Assembly: GCA_005239615.1 (NCBI GenBank)
Contig: SBBR01000106.1
Location: 1-32,510, forward strand
Direction: 5' to 3'
Length of the DNA stretch: 32,510 nucleotides
Source: an archaeon
GTDB lineage: Archaea; Iainarchaeota; Iainarchaeia; Iainarchaeales; Iainarchaeaceae
Below the pieces are notes generated by a model that worked only from the letters and a program-made list of their open reading frames with translations, was not told where the DNA came from and made no database searches. The translations under genes and the position numbers were made by a program. Every line of letters starts with the position of its first letter. Position 1 is the first letter of the stretch. This document shows, piece after piece, positions 32,419 to 32,510 of the stretch.

Positions 32419-32510
32419 CTATGAAAACCCCTTATATTTGTATACCATATTTTCACCTAATTATTGCCTTTTTGGACAGCCATCTATCCGTACATGAAAG
32501 CTTACACAAG
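32415..32510. repeat. Right copy of the perfect 96-bp inverted repeat (partner 3..98)
   Basis: Exact reverse complement of 3..98. It includes the ATG (32418-32416) of the minus-strand gene. Confidence 0.95.

Noticed and set aside
1-32510. Interpreting the terminal inverted repeats as the ends of a linear plasmid or virus
   Set aside because: The content is core chromosomal: translation factors, ribosomal protein, Topo VI, aRF1, Dph2, PyrH and tRNA-Cys. There are no replication-initiator, capsid, packaging or terminal-protein genes.

Overview
The window looks like an archaeal chromosomal fragment, probably a complete contig, from a small-genome, DPANN-like lineage; that lineage guess is inference only. 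It is densely packed on both strands with archaeal core genes. These include aIF2-beta plus DUF424, the aIF1A-Rio1-KH(Dim2) cluster, topoisomerase VI B and A, Mre11, uL16/L10e, Dph2, UMP kinase, aRF1, TruD and a K+-independent membrane pyrophosphatase. Visibly more A/T-rich accessory patches sit between them: three toxin-antitoxin loci (VapBC, RHH-like/RelE and a decayed HicA), a Fic protein, a tandem-HTH Lrp-like regulator with a methyltransferase, an IS-transposase remnant and a bacterial-type PanD. Four things stand out. (1) A tRNA-Cys(GCA) gene is split at the canonical 37/38 site by a 240-nt intron with a textbook bulge-helix-bulge junction. The intron is built from repeated CTTTTTCTTTT/AAAAGAAAAAG motifs and two paralogous hairpins that show compensatory changes. 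(2) A perfect 96-bp inverted repeat forms both ends of the window and gives two unrelated genes an identical 5' region up to ATGG. (3) A membrane-anchored protein carries four tandem 6-cysteine repeats. (4) A minus-strand operon encodes a membrane-anchored CxxC thioredoxin-fold protein, a processive GT2 synthase and an anchored unknown protein. I saw no rRNA genes and no CRISPR array. All calls come from reading motifs in the supplied translations and the DNA; no searches were run.
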